Shown: positions 32,901-46,539 of the stretch, one piece after another
How positions within the stretch are numbered: position 1 is the stretch's first letter
Layout: each line of letters starts with the position of its first letter
Assembly: GCF_009914755.1 (NCBI RefSeq)
Contig: NC_060937.1
Length of the DNA: 64,000 nt
Direction: 5' to 3' (one strand)
Source: the human T2T-CHM13v2.0 reference genome, Homo sapiens
Program-made: the position numbers and the translations under genes
Notes under the pieces: generated by a model
What the model was told of the DNA's origin: nothing
Seen by the model: the letters and a program-made list of their open reading frames with translations, nothing else
Databases searched by the model: none

Positions 32901-35900
32901 AGACATCTGGCCCCAGGTGGATACTGAACTAGAGGTTTACGTCAGACCCCAGATTGACATTCAGTCCCCAGGTGGTCATGACACCTCAATTGGACACCAA
33001 GTCCTCAGGTTGATAACCAAGTCCCAGGTGGACACCACGTCAAAGATGAACACAAGACCTAGGGTTGTCATTCAAGCCCCAAATGGACACTAGGCCCTAG
33101 GTGAATAATATGACCCAGGGGATGATTGGGACCCAGCTGCATACCAGTCCCCAGGTTTACACGAGGCCCCAAGTAGGTTCCTAAGCTCTAGTTGAACATG
33201 AGGTCTCCAGTAGACACCCAGGACTAAGGTGGACATCAAGCATCAGATGGACGTCTGGCTGCGGATGAACATCAAGCCTCACATGGATACCTAGTCCGCA
33301 GGTAGGCATCAGGCCCCAGTTTGACATCAGTTTCTGGGTGGATCCTTAAGCCCCAGGTGGATATCCAGTGTCCAGCTGGACATCAGCCCCTCGTGGACGC
33401 CCAGTCCCCAGGTGAATATCAGGTCTCAGGTGAACACAAGTCCTCAGGCAGACATCAGACACCAGGTGTACACTCAGACCCCAAGAGGACATCTGTCCCC
33501 AGGTTGACATCACTCTCAAGGTGTACATTAGGCCACAGATGTACACCCAGGTCCAAGGCAGACACGAGTCCCCAGTAAAACTCAAGGCCCCAGGAGGATA
33601 CTCAAGCCCTAGGTGGATGCCCAGACCCCAGGTAATTACAAGGCCCCAGGTGGATACCAGATTCCAGATGAACATTAGGCCTCAAGTGGATACCTAGGCA
33701 CCAGGTAGACACCAGGACCCAGGTACATCCCCTGGTCTCAGGTGCACACTAGGTTCCCAGTGAACACTGGCTCCAGGTAAGCACCCAGTCCAAGGTAGAC
33801 ATCATGACCCAGGTGGTCATTAGGCCACAGCTGAACACCAATCTTGAGTGAACACCAGATCCCAGGTGGGTACCTAGTCCAGGTGGTTATTGGGCCCCAA
33901 GTGGACACCCAGCCCCCAGGTGAACCTCAAGCTTCAGGTGGACATCATGCCTCAGGTGAACTCCGGGTCCCAGCCCAGCTGAACATCAGGCTGCAGGTGG
34001 ATGCCTAGGTTCCAGGTGCACAACAGGTCACAGTTGGACATTCAGCCCCAGGTGAACATCAGGCCATGGGTGGATAAACAGTCCACAGGTGGACATCAGG
34101 TCAAAGGTGAACATCAGTACTCAGGTGGACATCAGGCTCCAGGTTGACATCAAGCCCAAGGTGGACACTGAACTAGAGGTTTACATCAGGCCCCAGGTTG
34201 ACACCCAGGCTCAGGTGGACATTGGGCCCCAGGTGGATACCTAGGCCCCTAGTAAAACTCAGATTCTAGGTTGACATTCAGGCCCCCAGTAGTCATTTGG
34301 CCCCATGTGGACACTCAGGCGCCAGGTTCACATGATGTCTTAACTGGACACCAAGGGGCCAGTTTGATACCCAAGTCCTGTGTGGGTGCCAGGTCCAAGG
34401 TTACACTCAAGCCCCAAGTGGACACCAGGCCCTAGGTGAATAGTACAACCCAGGTGGTCATTAGGCCCCAGAATGACACCAGCCCCCAGGTTAACAGGAA
34501 GCCCCCAGTGGGTACCTAGGCCCCAGGTGGACATCAGGCCTAATGTGGACACCCAGGATCAAGATGGACATCAGGACTCAGGTGGACATCTGGTGACAGG
34601 TGGACAACAAGCCTGGTGTGTACCTTGTCCCCGGGTGGTCATCAGGCCCCAGTTCAACACCAGTCCCTGGGTGGATTCCTCGGATCCAGGTGGACATCCG
34701 GTCTTCAGCTGAACATCAGACCCCAGGTGAACACCAGGTTTTAGGTGGACATTAGGCCCCTGGTGGACATAAAGTACCAGTGGACATCCATGCTGCAGGT
34801 GGACACCCAGCGCCCAGATGGGCATCAGGCCCCATTTGGACATTGAGGCCCCAGGTGGATATCAGGCCTCAGGTGAACCCAAGGTCCAACATAGACATCA
34901 GGCCTTAGGTTGACACTCAAGCACCAGATGGACTGCTGCACCTAAGCAGAAAATAGACCCCTATCTGGATATCTAAGATACAGGTATACAACAAGCCCCA
35001 GGCTGACATCCAGACCCCAGGTGGACACCATACCCCAGCTGAACAGCAGGCAACCGTTTGGCACCAAGTACCTAAGTGAAACAAAGCCTTAGGTGATTAC
35101 CAGGCCATAGGTAGTCATTAGTCTCCAGCTGGACAATAGTCCCTAGGTGGATACCTAGGCCCCAGGTGGACACTAGATCCCAAATTAACACAAAAACCAA
35201 GTAAAAAATCAAGCCCCCAGTGGGCAAACAGGCCCTAGGTAAATACACAAATCTCAAGCTGACACCAGGCCCTATTTGGACACCCAAGCCCTAGGTGGAC
35301 TTCAGGCCACAGGTGAACACTGAACTCTAGAAGGTCTTCAGGCCCTGTGTTGACTACCTGGCCCCAGGGGGACACCAGGCATAGATGAACTTCAGGCACC
35401 AGCTGTACATCAGGTTCCAGGCAAATGTCCCAGCCCCAGGTGGATATCAAACCTCAGATGAACACCAGGCCCCAGGTAGACATCAAAAACCAGGTGGACA
35501 CTCAGGCCCCTACTGAATATCCATCCCCAGGTGGACATCCATCCCAAGGTGGACATGAGGCCACAGATGTACACTTAAGCCTAAGGCAGACCCCAGGCCC
35601 CAGGAAAACTCCAGGCTCCATGAGAGCACTCAGACCTCAGGTGGATGCATTGGTCCTAGGTAAATACAAGGCCCCAGACATCAGGCCCCAGTGAACACCG
35701 GAGCCCAGGTGGGTACCTAGTCCCCAGGTGTGCAACAAGCAGAAGGTTGACCCAGTCCCTAGCTGAACTCTGGGCCCCAGCTGAACATGATAACCCAGAT
35801 GGTCACCCAGGCTCCGGGTGAACACACGGTCTTAGGTAGACATCAGGTCCCACATGAACACCCAAGCCCCAGGTAGATATCAGGCCTTAGGTGTACACCA

Positions 35901-36070
35901 GACCTCAGGTGGGCATCTGGCTCCAGACGGCCATAGATGGATAACTAAGCCTCTCCTGGATATCAGGCCCCAGGTAGACACCAGGCTCCAGGCGAACATC
36001 TAGCCCCAGGGGGACATCCAGCCCCCGGTGAACATCAGGGCTCACATGGATAAACAGTTTACAGATGGGC
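26990..36070. repeat. Degenerate 18-19-bp GC-rich minisatellite array (consensus ~CCACCTGGGGCCTGATGT), mixed orientation
   Basis: Recurrent ccacctggggcctg(a/gg)tgt from 27.0-29.5 kb and its reverse complement acatcaggccccaggtgg from 29.5-36.07 kb; family name not recognised with confidence. Confidence 0.93.
31929..32300 (+). mobile_element. MSTA-like solo LTR inserted in the minisatellite
   Basis: tgatattggctctatgtctccacccaaatctcatgttgaattg...gaaaatggactaataca; flanks aggcc / agacc (1-mismatch 5-bp TSD). Confidence 0.9.
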
Positions 36071-39000
36071 ACCTGCCACAGGTGCCTCACCTCTACTCCT
36101 TGAAACCTCACTTCCCCTCATGGGCCTTCTGTCCGACTTGGGGTACCCCTAGCCGCCCTAGGCACACACTGGACTCAAACCAGGGGCGCCAGCATCCCTG
36201 GGGCTCAGCGCAAGGGTTCATGGGAATACACTTTCGTCCGTGGGGGACCCAGTCCTCACTTCTCGGCGGCGCAGTTTTTTTTTCTCTGCCTCAGGTGCCT
36301 CACCTTCCCCTCATGGGCCTTCTGTCCACCTTGGGGTACCCCTAGCGGCCTGAGGCATACCCTGGGCTCGAACCAGGGATGCCAGGGTCCCCGGGGCGCA
36401 GCGCAAGGGCTGATGGGGAGACACTTTCTTCCGTGGGGGACCCAGGCCCCGTTTCTCTGAAGCGCGTTTTTTTTTTTTCTGCCCCAGGTGCCTCACCTTC
36501 ACCTCATGGGCCTTCTGCCCGCTTTGGGGTACCCCTAGCGGCTCCAGGCACAAGCTGGGCTCGAATAAGGGTCGCCAAGGTCCCCGGGGCCCAGCGCAAG
36601 GGTTGATGGGACGACACTTTCACCCATGGGGGACCCAGGCCCCGCTTCTCCGCAGCGCGTTTTTTTTTTTTTTATTTGCCCCAGGTGACTCACCTTCCCC
36701 TCATGGGCCTTCTGTCTGCTTTGGGTTACCCCTAGCAGGCCAGAGGCGCACCCTGGATTCCAGCCAGGGATGCCAGGGTCCCCGGGGCCCAATGCAGGGG
36801 CTGATGAGAAGGCACTTTCTTCCGTGGGGTACCCAGGCCCTGCTTCTCTGTGGCGCGGTTTTATTTTTTTCTTTTCTGCCTCAGGTGCCTTACCTCTCCT
36901 CCCTCAAACCTCACCTTCCCCTCATAGGCTTTCTGCCCGCCATGGGGTACCCCAAGAGGCCCGAAGCGCACCCTTGTCTTGAACCAGGGATGCCAGGGTC
37001 CCCTGGGCCCAGCTCAGGGGCTGATGGGAAGACACTTTCGTCCGTGGGGGAACCAGGCCCTGCTTCTCTACGGCACAGTTTTTTTTTTTTTTTCTGCCTC
37101 AGGTGCCTCACCTTCCCCTCATGGGCTTTCTGCCCGCTTTTGGGTACCCCTAGCGAGCCCAAGGCTCACCCTGGGCTCGAACGAGGGTCGCCAGGGTCGA
37201 CGGAGCCCAGCGCAGGGGCTGATGGGAAGACACTTTCATCCGTAGGGGACACAGGCCCCGCTACTCCGTGGTTCGGTTTTTTTTTTTTTCCTCTGCCCCA
37301 GGTGCCTCACCTTTCCTCCCTCAAACCTCACCTTCCACTCCTGGGCTTTCTGCCTGCGTTGGAGTACCCCTAGCGACCCGAGCGCACCCTGGGCTCGAAC
37401 CAGGGATGCCAGGGTCCCTGGGGCCCAGTGCAGGGGCTGATGGGAAGACACTTTCGTCCGTGGGGGACCCAGGGCCCGCTTCTCGGCGGCGCGGTTTTTT
37501 TTCTCTGCCCCAGGTGCCTCACCTTCCCCTCAGGGGCCTTCTGCCTACGTTGGGATACCCTAGCAGTCCCGAGGTGCACCCTGGGTTCAAACCAGGGACG
37601 CCAGTGTCCCCAGGGCCCAGGGCAGGGGCTCATCGGAAGGCACTTTCTTCCGTGGGGTACCCGGGCCCCGCTTCTAGGCGGAGCGGTTTTTAATTTTTTT
37701 CTGTGCTCCAGGTGTCTCACCTTCCCCTCATGGGCCTTCTGCCCGCCTTGGGGTACCCCTAGCAGGCCGAGGCGCACCCTGGGCTCTAACCAGGGATGCC
37801 AGGGTCCACAGGCCCAGCTCAGGGGCTTATGGGAAGACACTTTCGTCTGTGGGGGACCCAAGCTCTGCTCCTCTGCAGTTTTTTTTTTTTTTTTCTTCCC
37901 CAGGTGCCTCACCTTCCCTTCATGGGCTTTCTGCCCGCCTTTGGGTACCCCTAGCGGGCCCGAGGCCCACCCTGGTTTGGAGCCAGGGATGCTAGTGTCC
38001 CCGGGGCCCAGCGCAGCGCTGATGGGAAGGGACTTTTGTCCGTGGGGAACCCAGGGCCCACTTCTCCGAGGTGAGCTTTTTTTTTTTTTCTGCCGCAGGT
38101 GCCTCACCTCTCCTCCCTCAAACCTCACCTTCCCCTCATGAGCCCTCTGCCCGCCTAGAGGTACCGCTAGCGGCCCGAGGCACACCCTGTGGCTGAACCA
38201 GGGACTCCAGGATCCCTGCGGCCCAGCACAGGCGCTGATGGGAAGACACTTTCGTTCGTGGAGGACCCAGGCCCCGTTTCTCAGTGGCGTGGTTTTTTTT
38301 CTCTGCCCGGGTGCCTCACCTTCCTCTAATGGGCCTTTTGCCCGCTTTGGGGTACCCCTAGCGGGCCCTATTTGCACCCTGCGCTCGAACCAGGGTCGCA
38401 GTGTCCAAGAGGTCCAGCGCAAGGCCTGATGGGAAGGCACTTTCGTCAGTGGGGGACCCAGGCCCCGCTTCACTGCGGCGCGTTTTTTTTTTCTGCCACA
38501 GGTACCTCACCTTCCCCTCATGGGCTTTCTGTCCGCCTTGGGGTACCCCCAGCGGCCCGAGGCGCACCCTGGGCTCAAACCAGGGATGCCAGGGTCCCTG
38601 GGGCCCAGGACAGGGTCTGATGGGAAGGCACTTTCTTTCATGGGGAACCCAGGCCTCCCTTCTCCGTGGCGAGGTTTTTTTTTTTTTTCTCCGCTCCAGG
38701 TGCCTCACCTTCCCTTCATGGGCTTCTGCCCACTTTGGGGTACTGCTAGCGGCCCGAGGCGCACACTGCGTTTGAACCAGGGTCACCAGGGTCCACGGGG
38801 CCAAGCGCAGGGGCTAATGGTAAGGCACTTTTGTCTGTGGGGGACCCAGGACCCCCTTCTCCGTGGCGCGTTTTTTTTTTTTTTTCTCCCACAGGTGCCT
38901 CACTTCTCCTCTCTCAAACCTCACCTTCGCCTCATGGGCCTTCTGCCTGCCTTGGGATACCCCTAGCAGCCCGAGGCGAACCCTGGGGTCGAACCAGGGA

Positions 39001-42000
39001 CGCCAGGGTCCCTGGGGCCCAGTGCAAGGGCTTATGGGAAGATACTTTCTTTCGTGGGGGCCCAGGCACCGCTTCTCCACGGCGCATATTTTTTTTCTTT
39101 CGGCTGCCCCAGGTACCTCACCTTCCCCTCATGGGCCATCTGCCTGCTTTGGGGTACTCCTAGTGGAGTGAGGCGCACCCTGGGCTCGAACCAGAGTCAT
39201 CAGGTTCCCTGACGCCCAGCGCAAGGGCTGATGGGAAGACACTTTCGTCTGTGGCGGACCCAGGCCCCGCTTCTCAGCGGCGCGGTTTTTTTTTTTTCTT
39301 GCCACAGGTGTCTCACCTCTCCTCCCTCAAACCTCAACCTCCCCTCATGGGCTTTCTACCTGCCTTGGGGTACCCCTAGCGGCCCAAGGCGCACCCTGGG
39401 TTTGAGCCAAGGTCGCCAGGGTCCACGGGGCTCAGCACAGGGCCTGATGGGAAGGCACTTTCGTCTGTGGGGGACCCATGCCCTGCTTCTCCGTGGCGCG
39501 TTTTTTTTTTCCTTCCTGCCACAGGTGCCTCACCTCTCCTCCCTCAAACCTCACCTTCCCCTCATGGGCCTTCTGTCTGCATTGGGGTACACCTAGCAGC
39601 CCGAGGTGCACTGTGGACTCCAGGGTCCCTGGGGCCCAGCGCAAGGGCTGATGGGAAGACACTTTCGTCCGTGGGGGGAACCCAGTCCCCGCTTCTCCGC
39701 GGCGAGGTTTTTTTTTTTTTCTCTGCCCCAGGTGCCTCACCTTCCCCTCATGTGCCTTCTGCACGCTTTGGGGTACCCCTAGCGGCCCAAGGCGCACCCT
39801 GGGCTCGAACAATGGAAGCCAGGTTCCACGGGGCCAAGCGCAGTGGCTGATGGGAAGACACGTTCTTCCTCGGGGACCCAGGCTCTGCTTCTCTGCGGCG
39901 TTTTTTTTTTTCTTTTCCCCAGTTGCCTCACTTTCCCGTCATGGGTTTTCTGCCCGCCTTGAGGTACCCCTAGCGGGCCTGAGGCGCACCCTGGTTTCGA
40001 GCCAGAGACGCTAGGGTCTCCGGGGCCCAGTGCAGGGCTGATGGGTAGGGACATTCGTCCGTGGGGGACCCAGGCCCCACTTCTGGGCGGCGCAGTTTTT
40101 AATTTTTTTCTCTGCCCCAGGTGTCTCACCTTTCCCTCATGTGCCTTCTGTCTTGGGGTACCCCTAGCAGGCCGAGGTGCACGCTGGGCTCCAGCCAGGG
40201 ATACCAGGGTCCCCAGGGCGCAGTGCAAGCGCTGATGGGAAGACAGCTTCTTCTGTGGGGGACCCAGGCCCCGCTTATCCGCGGCGCGGTTGTTTTTTTT
40301 TTTCTCTGCCCCACGTGCATCACCTTCCCCTCATGGGCCTTCTGCCCGCTTTTGGGTACACCTAGCGGCCTGAAGCACACCCTGGTCTCGAACCAGGTAC
40401 GCCAGGGTCCCCTGGGCCCAGCGCAAGGGCTGATGGGAAGACACTTTCGTCCGTTGGGGACCCAGGCTCCCCTTCTCCGTGGTGCAGTTTTTTTTTTTTT
40501 TCCTGCCACAGGTGCCTCACCTCTCCTTCCTCAAACCTCAACTGCCCCTCAGGGATTTCTGCCCACCTTGGGGTACCCCTAGCAGGCCCGAGGCGCACCC
40601 GGGGCTCGAACAGGGTCTCCAGCGTCCACAGGGCCCAGCGCAGGGACTGATGGGAAGGCATTTTCATCCGTGGGGGACCCAGGCCCAGCTTCTCCTAGGC
40701 GCGGCTTGTTTTTTTTTGTTTTTTTTTTCTGCCACAGGTTCCTCACCTCTCCTCCCTCAAACGTCAACTTCCCATCATGGGCTTTCTGCCCGACTTGGGG
40801 TACCCCTAGCAGCCCAACGTGCTCCCTGGACTCGAACCATGGATGCCAGGGTTGCCGGGGCCCAGCACAGGGGCTGATGGGAAGGTACCTTCATCCGTGG
40901 GTACCCAGGCCCTGCTTCTCAAAGCTGCGGTTTTTTTTCTCCACCCCAGGTGCCTCACCTTCCCCTCATTGGCCTTCTGCCTGCTTTGGGGTAACACGAG
41001 CGGGCCCAAGGCGCTCCCGGGTCTCGAACCAGGGTCGCCAGGTTCTCGAGGCTAGCGCAGGAGCTGATGGGAAGGCACTTTCATCAGTGGGGACCCAGGC
41101 CCGGCTTCTCCGAGGCGCTGATATATATATATATATTTTTTTTTTTTTTCTGCCACAGGTGACTCACCTCTCCTCCCTCAAATCTCACCTTCCCCTCATG
41201 GGCTTTCTGGCTTCCTTAGGGTACCCTAGCGTGCCGGAGTCTCTTCTGGTCCTTGAACTAGGGTCGCCAGGGTCCAGGAGGCCCAGCGCAGGGGCTGATG
41301 AGAAGGCACTTTCGTCTGTGGGAGACCCAGGCCCCGCTTCTCCTCGGCACGTTTTTATTTTTCTGCCACAGGTGCGTCACCTCTCCTCCCTCAAACCTCA
41401 CCTTCCCCTCATGGGCCTTCTGCCTGTTTTGGGGTACACCTAGCGGGTCCGAGGTGCACCCAGGCCTAGAACCAGGGTCGCCTGGGTCCACGGGGCCCAG
41501 CGCAGGGACTGATGGGAAGACACTTTTTTCCATGGGAGACCCAGGCCCCGCTTCTCTGTGGCTTGGTTTCTTTTTCTTTTCTGCCACTAGTGCCTCACCT
41601 CTCCTCCCTCACAGCTCACGTTCCTCTCATGGGCTTTCCACCGCGTTGGGGTACCCCTAGTGGCCCAAGGCTCTCCCTGAGCTCAAACCAGGGACCCCAG
41701 GTTCCCTGGTGCCCAGCACAGGGGCTGATGGGAAGGCACTTTCATCCGTGGGGGACCCAGGCCCCACCTCTCCACGGCGCGGATTTTTTCTTTCTTTTTC
41801 TGTGACAGGTGCCTCACCTCTCCTCCCTCAAAACTCACCTTCCCCTCATGGGCTTTGTGCGCCCAAAGCCCCCCTTGGGGTGCACTTAGCGGCTGAGGCA
41901 CACCCTGAGCTCGAACCAGGGACACCAGGGTCCCCGGTCCTAGTGCAGGGACTGATGGGAAGACACTTTTGTTCGTGGGGCACCCAGGCCGTGCTTCTCC

Positions 42001-42665
42001 GTGGCGAAGTTTTTTTTTTTTCTCTGCCCCAGGTGCCTCACCATCCCCTTAGGGGCTTTCTGCCCACCTTGCGGTACCCCTACTGGCCCGAGGTGTACCC
42101 TGGGGTCAAACCAGGGATGCCAGGGTCCCCAGGGCCCAGCGAAGGGGCTGATGGGATGGCACTTTCATCCGTGGGGGACCCAGGCACTGCTTCTTGGTGG
42201 CGCTTTTTGTTTCTCTGCCTCAGGTGCCTCACCTTCCCCTCATGGACCTTTTGTTCGCTTTGTGGTACCCCAAGCGGTCCCGAGGCGCACCCTGGGCTCG
42301 AACCAGGGTCGCCAGGGTCCACCAGGCCCAGCATAGGGCCTGATGGGAAGGCACTTTCATCCGTGGTGGACCCAGGCCCCACTTCTCTGAGGCGCGGTCC
42401 TCTTTTTTTTTTTTTTCTGCCCCTGGTGCCTCACCTCTCCTCCCACAAACTTCAACTTCCACTCATAAGGCTTCTGTCCGAGTTGGGGTACCCCTAGTCG
42501 CCCGAGGCGCACCCTGGGCGTGAACCAGGGATGCCAGGGTCCCTGGGGCCCAGCGCAAGGGCTGATGGGAAAAAACTTTCGTCTGTGGATGACCCAGACA
42601 CCGCTTCGCGGCGCATTTTTTTTTTTCTTTGCCCCAGGTGTCTCACCTTCCCCTCACGGACCTTC
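36071..42665 (+). repeat. ACRO1-type satellite array, roughly 40-45 units of ~147 bp and ~165 bp
   Basis: Unit caggtgcctcaccttcccctcatgggccttctgcccgctttggggtacccctagcggcccgaggcgcaccctgggctcgaaccaggg...gggctgatgggaagacactttcgtccgtgggggacccaggccccgcttctc..cggcgcg(T)n; long variant adds ctctcctccctcaaacctcac. Confidence 0.9.
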
Positions 42666-42669
42666 TGAC

Positions 42670-43420
42670 TTTCTGCACCTGCTCCGGCGCTGTGGGCCTC
42701 CCTGCGCCTGCGCCGGCGCTGTGGCCCTCCCCCCCCCCCCCCGCGCCTGCGCCGGCGCTGTGCACCTTTGCGAGGGCGGAGCTGCGTTCTTCCCAGCACC
42801 GACACGGAGAGCATCGCCAGGGCGGAGCTGAGTTCTCCTCTGCACACACTTCGGAGATACAGCAAAGGCGGAGCAGTGTTCTCCTCAACACAGACCTGGG
42901 CAGGCCGGGGTCTCCGTGAGGGCGGAGCTGCGTTCTGCTCAGCACAGACCCGGGGGACACCGCGAAGGCAGAGTAGCGTTCTCCTCAGCACAGACCTTGG
43001 GGGCACTGCCTCGCTTTGGGACAACTCGGGGCCGCATAGACGGTGAATAAAATCCTTCCTGTTTGCAGCCCTGAGTAATCAGGGTCAGCGACCAGTAAGA
43101 AGGGTTCAGTGTGGAAAACGGGAAACCAAAAGCCCCTCTGAATCCTGCCCACCGAGGTTCTCCCCAGCCAAGGCGAGGCGCCGCAGTGCGAGATCCACAC
43201 CGCAGCCTCAGAAGACAAATGCAGCATTCCTAATGCACACATGACACCCAAAATATGACACCCCCATTGCTCATGTAACAAGCACCTGTAATGCTAATGC
43301 ACTGCCTCAATACAAAAATATTAATATAAGATCCGCAATCCCCTTGCTGCCATGCAGTCCTAAGACAGAGATCATAATAATCAACATTGACATAGTCAAT
43401 ACAAACGTAGTAACGAACCT
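42670..43420 (+). repeat. TAR1 telomere-associated repeat including 29-bp-type (cgcctgcgccggcgc) and 61-bp-type (gggcggagctgcgttctgctcagcacagacc) units
   Basis: Matches the human subtelomeric sequence that lies directly proximal to (TTAGGG)n; CpG-rich. Confidence 0.9.
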
Positions 43421-43726
43421 AGGGTTAAGGTTGGTGTTAGGGTTAGGGGTTAGGGGTTAAGTTTAGGGTTAGGGGTTGGAGATAGGTGTTGGGGTCAGAG
43501 TTAGGAGTTAAGAGTCAACGTTTAGAGTTAGGGGTTAAGAGAGGTTAGGGGTTAGGGATAAGGGGTTAGGGTTGGATTAGTGTGAGGGTGAGGTTTGTGG
43601 TTAAGGGTTAGGCTTAGGGGTTACACTTAAGGGTTAAGGGTTAGGGATAGGGGTTAGGGTTAGGGTCAGGGATTAGGGGTCAGGGGTTAGGGGTCAGGGT
43701 CAGAGGTCAGGGTCAGGTTCAGGGGT
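43420..43726 (+). repeat. Degenerate interstitial telomeric repeat (TTAGGG/TTAGGGG/TCAGGG)
   Basis: Direct reading of ttaggg and variant hexamers/heptamers over ~300 bp. Confidence 0.96.
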
Positions 43727-43729
43727 CCC

Positions 43730-46262
<2,533 letters not shown>

Positions 46263-46539
46263 TTCTGTGAGGAACAACCAAACTGTTTTCTGCAGCAAGG
46301 GCATCATTTTCTATTCCTAGCAGCCAGTTCATGAGGGCTCCAACTTCTCCACCTCCTTAGCAACATTTATTTTCTGTGTCATTGTTATGAAAGCCTTACT
46401 TGTGGGTGCAGAGTGGCATGAATGAAGTCAATTAACATGTTTATTACCTCACAGAATAGTTACCTTTTTGTGTGCATGTGTGGGATAAGAAAACTTAACT
46501 CTATCCCCTGTGACTGAATAGTGGCCATTCCAGCTGCTC

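Noticed and set aside
26990-36070. CRISPR-like or repetitive-protein-coding array
   Set aside because: Contiguous degenerate monomers with no unique spacers and no cas genes; mixed 18/19-bp units break the reading frames; eukaryotic context.
36231-36255. Hammerhead-ribozyme-like motif in ACRO1 (minus strand GTCC-cccac-GGAC-GAAA; CTGATG(A/G) nearby)
   Set aside because: The stem II-GAAA part is on the minus strand, preceded by CTGG rather than CTGANGA, while the CTGATGR is on the plus strand. The catalytic core cannot form in one transcript. An Infernal search with Rfam hammerhead models would settle it.
36028-43046. Long ORFs (up to 367 aa) in the ACRO1/TAR1 region
   Set aside because: Stop-poor GC-rich tandem repeat; the frames overlap on both strands and shift at each poly-T tract.
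43420-43726. Head-to-head telomere fusion site (2q13-like)
   Set aside because: Only G-strand repeats are present; no inverted CCCTAA array follows, and L1 sequence starts instead.
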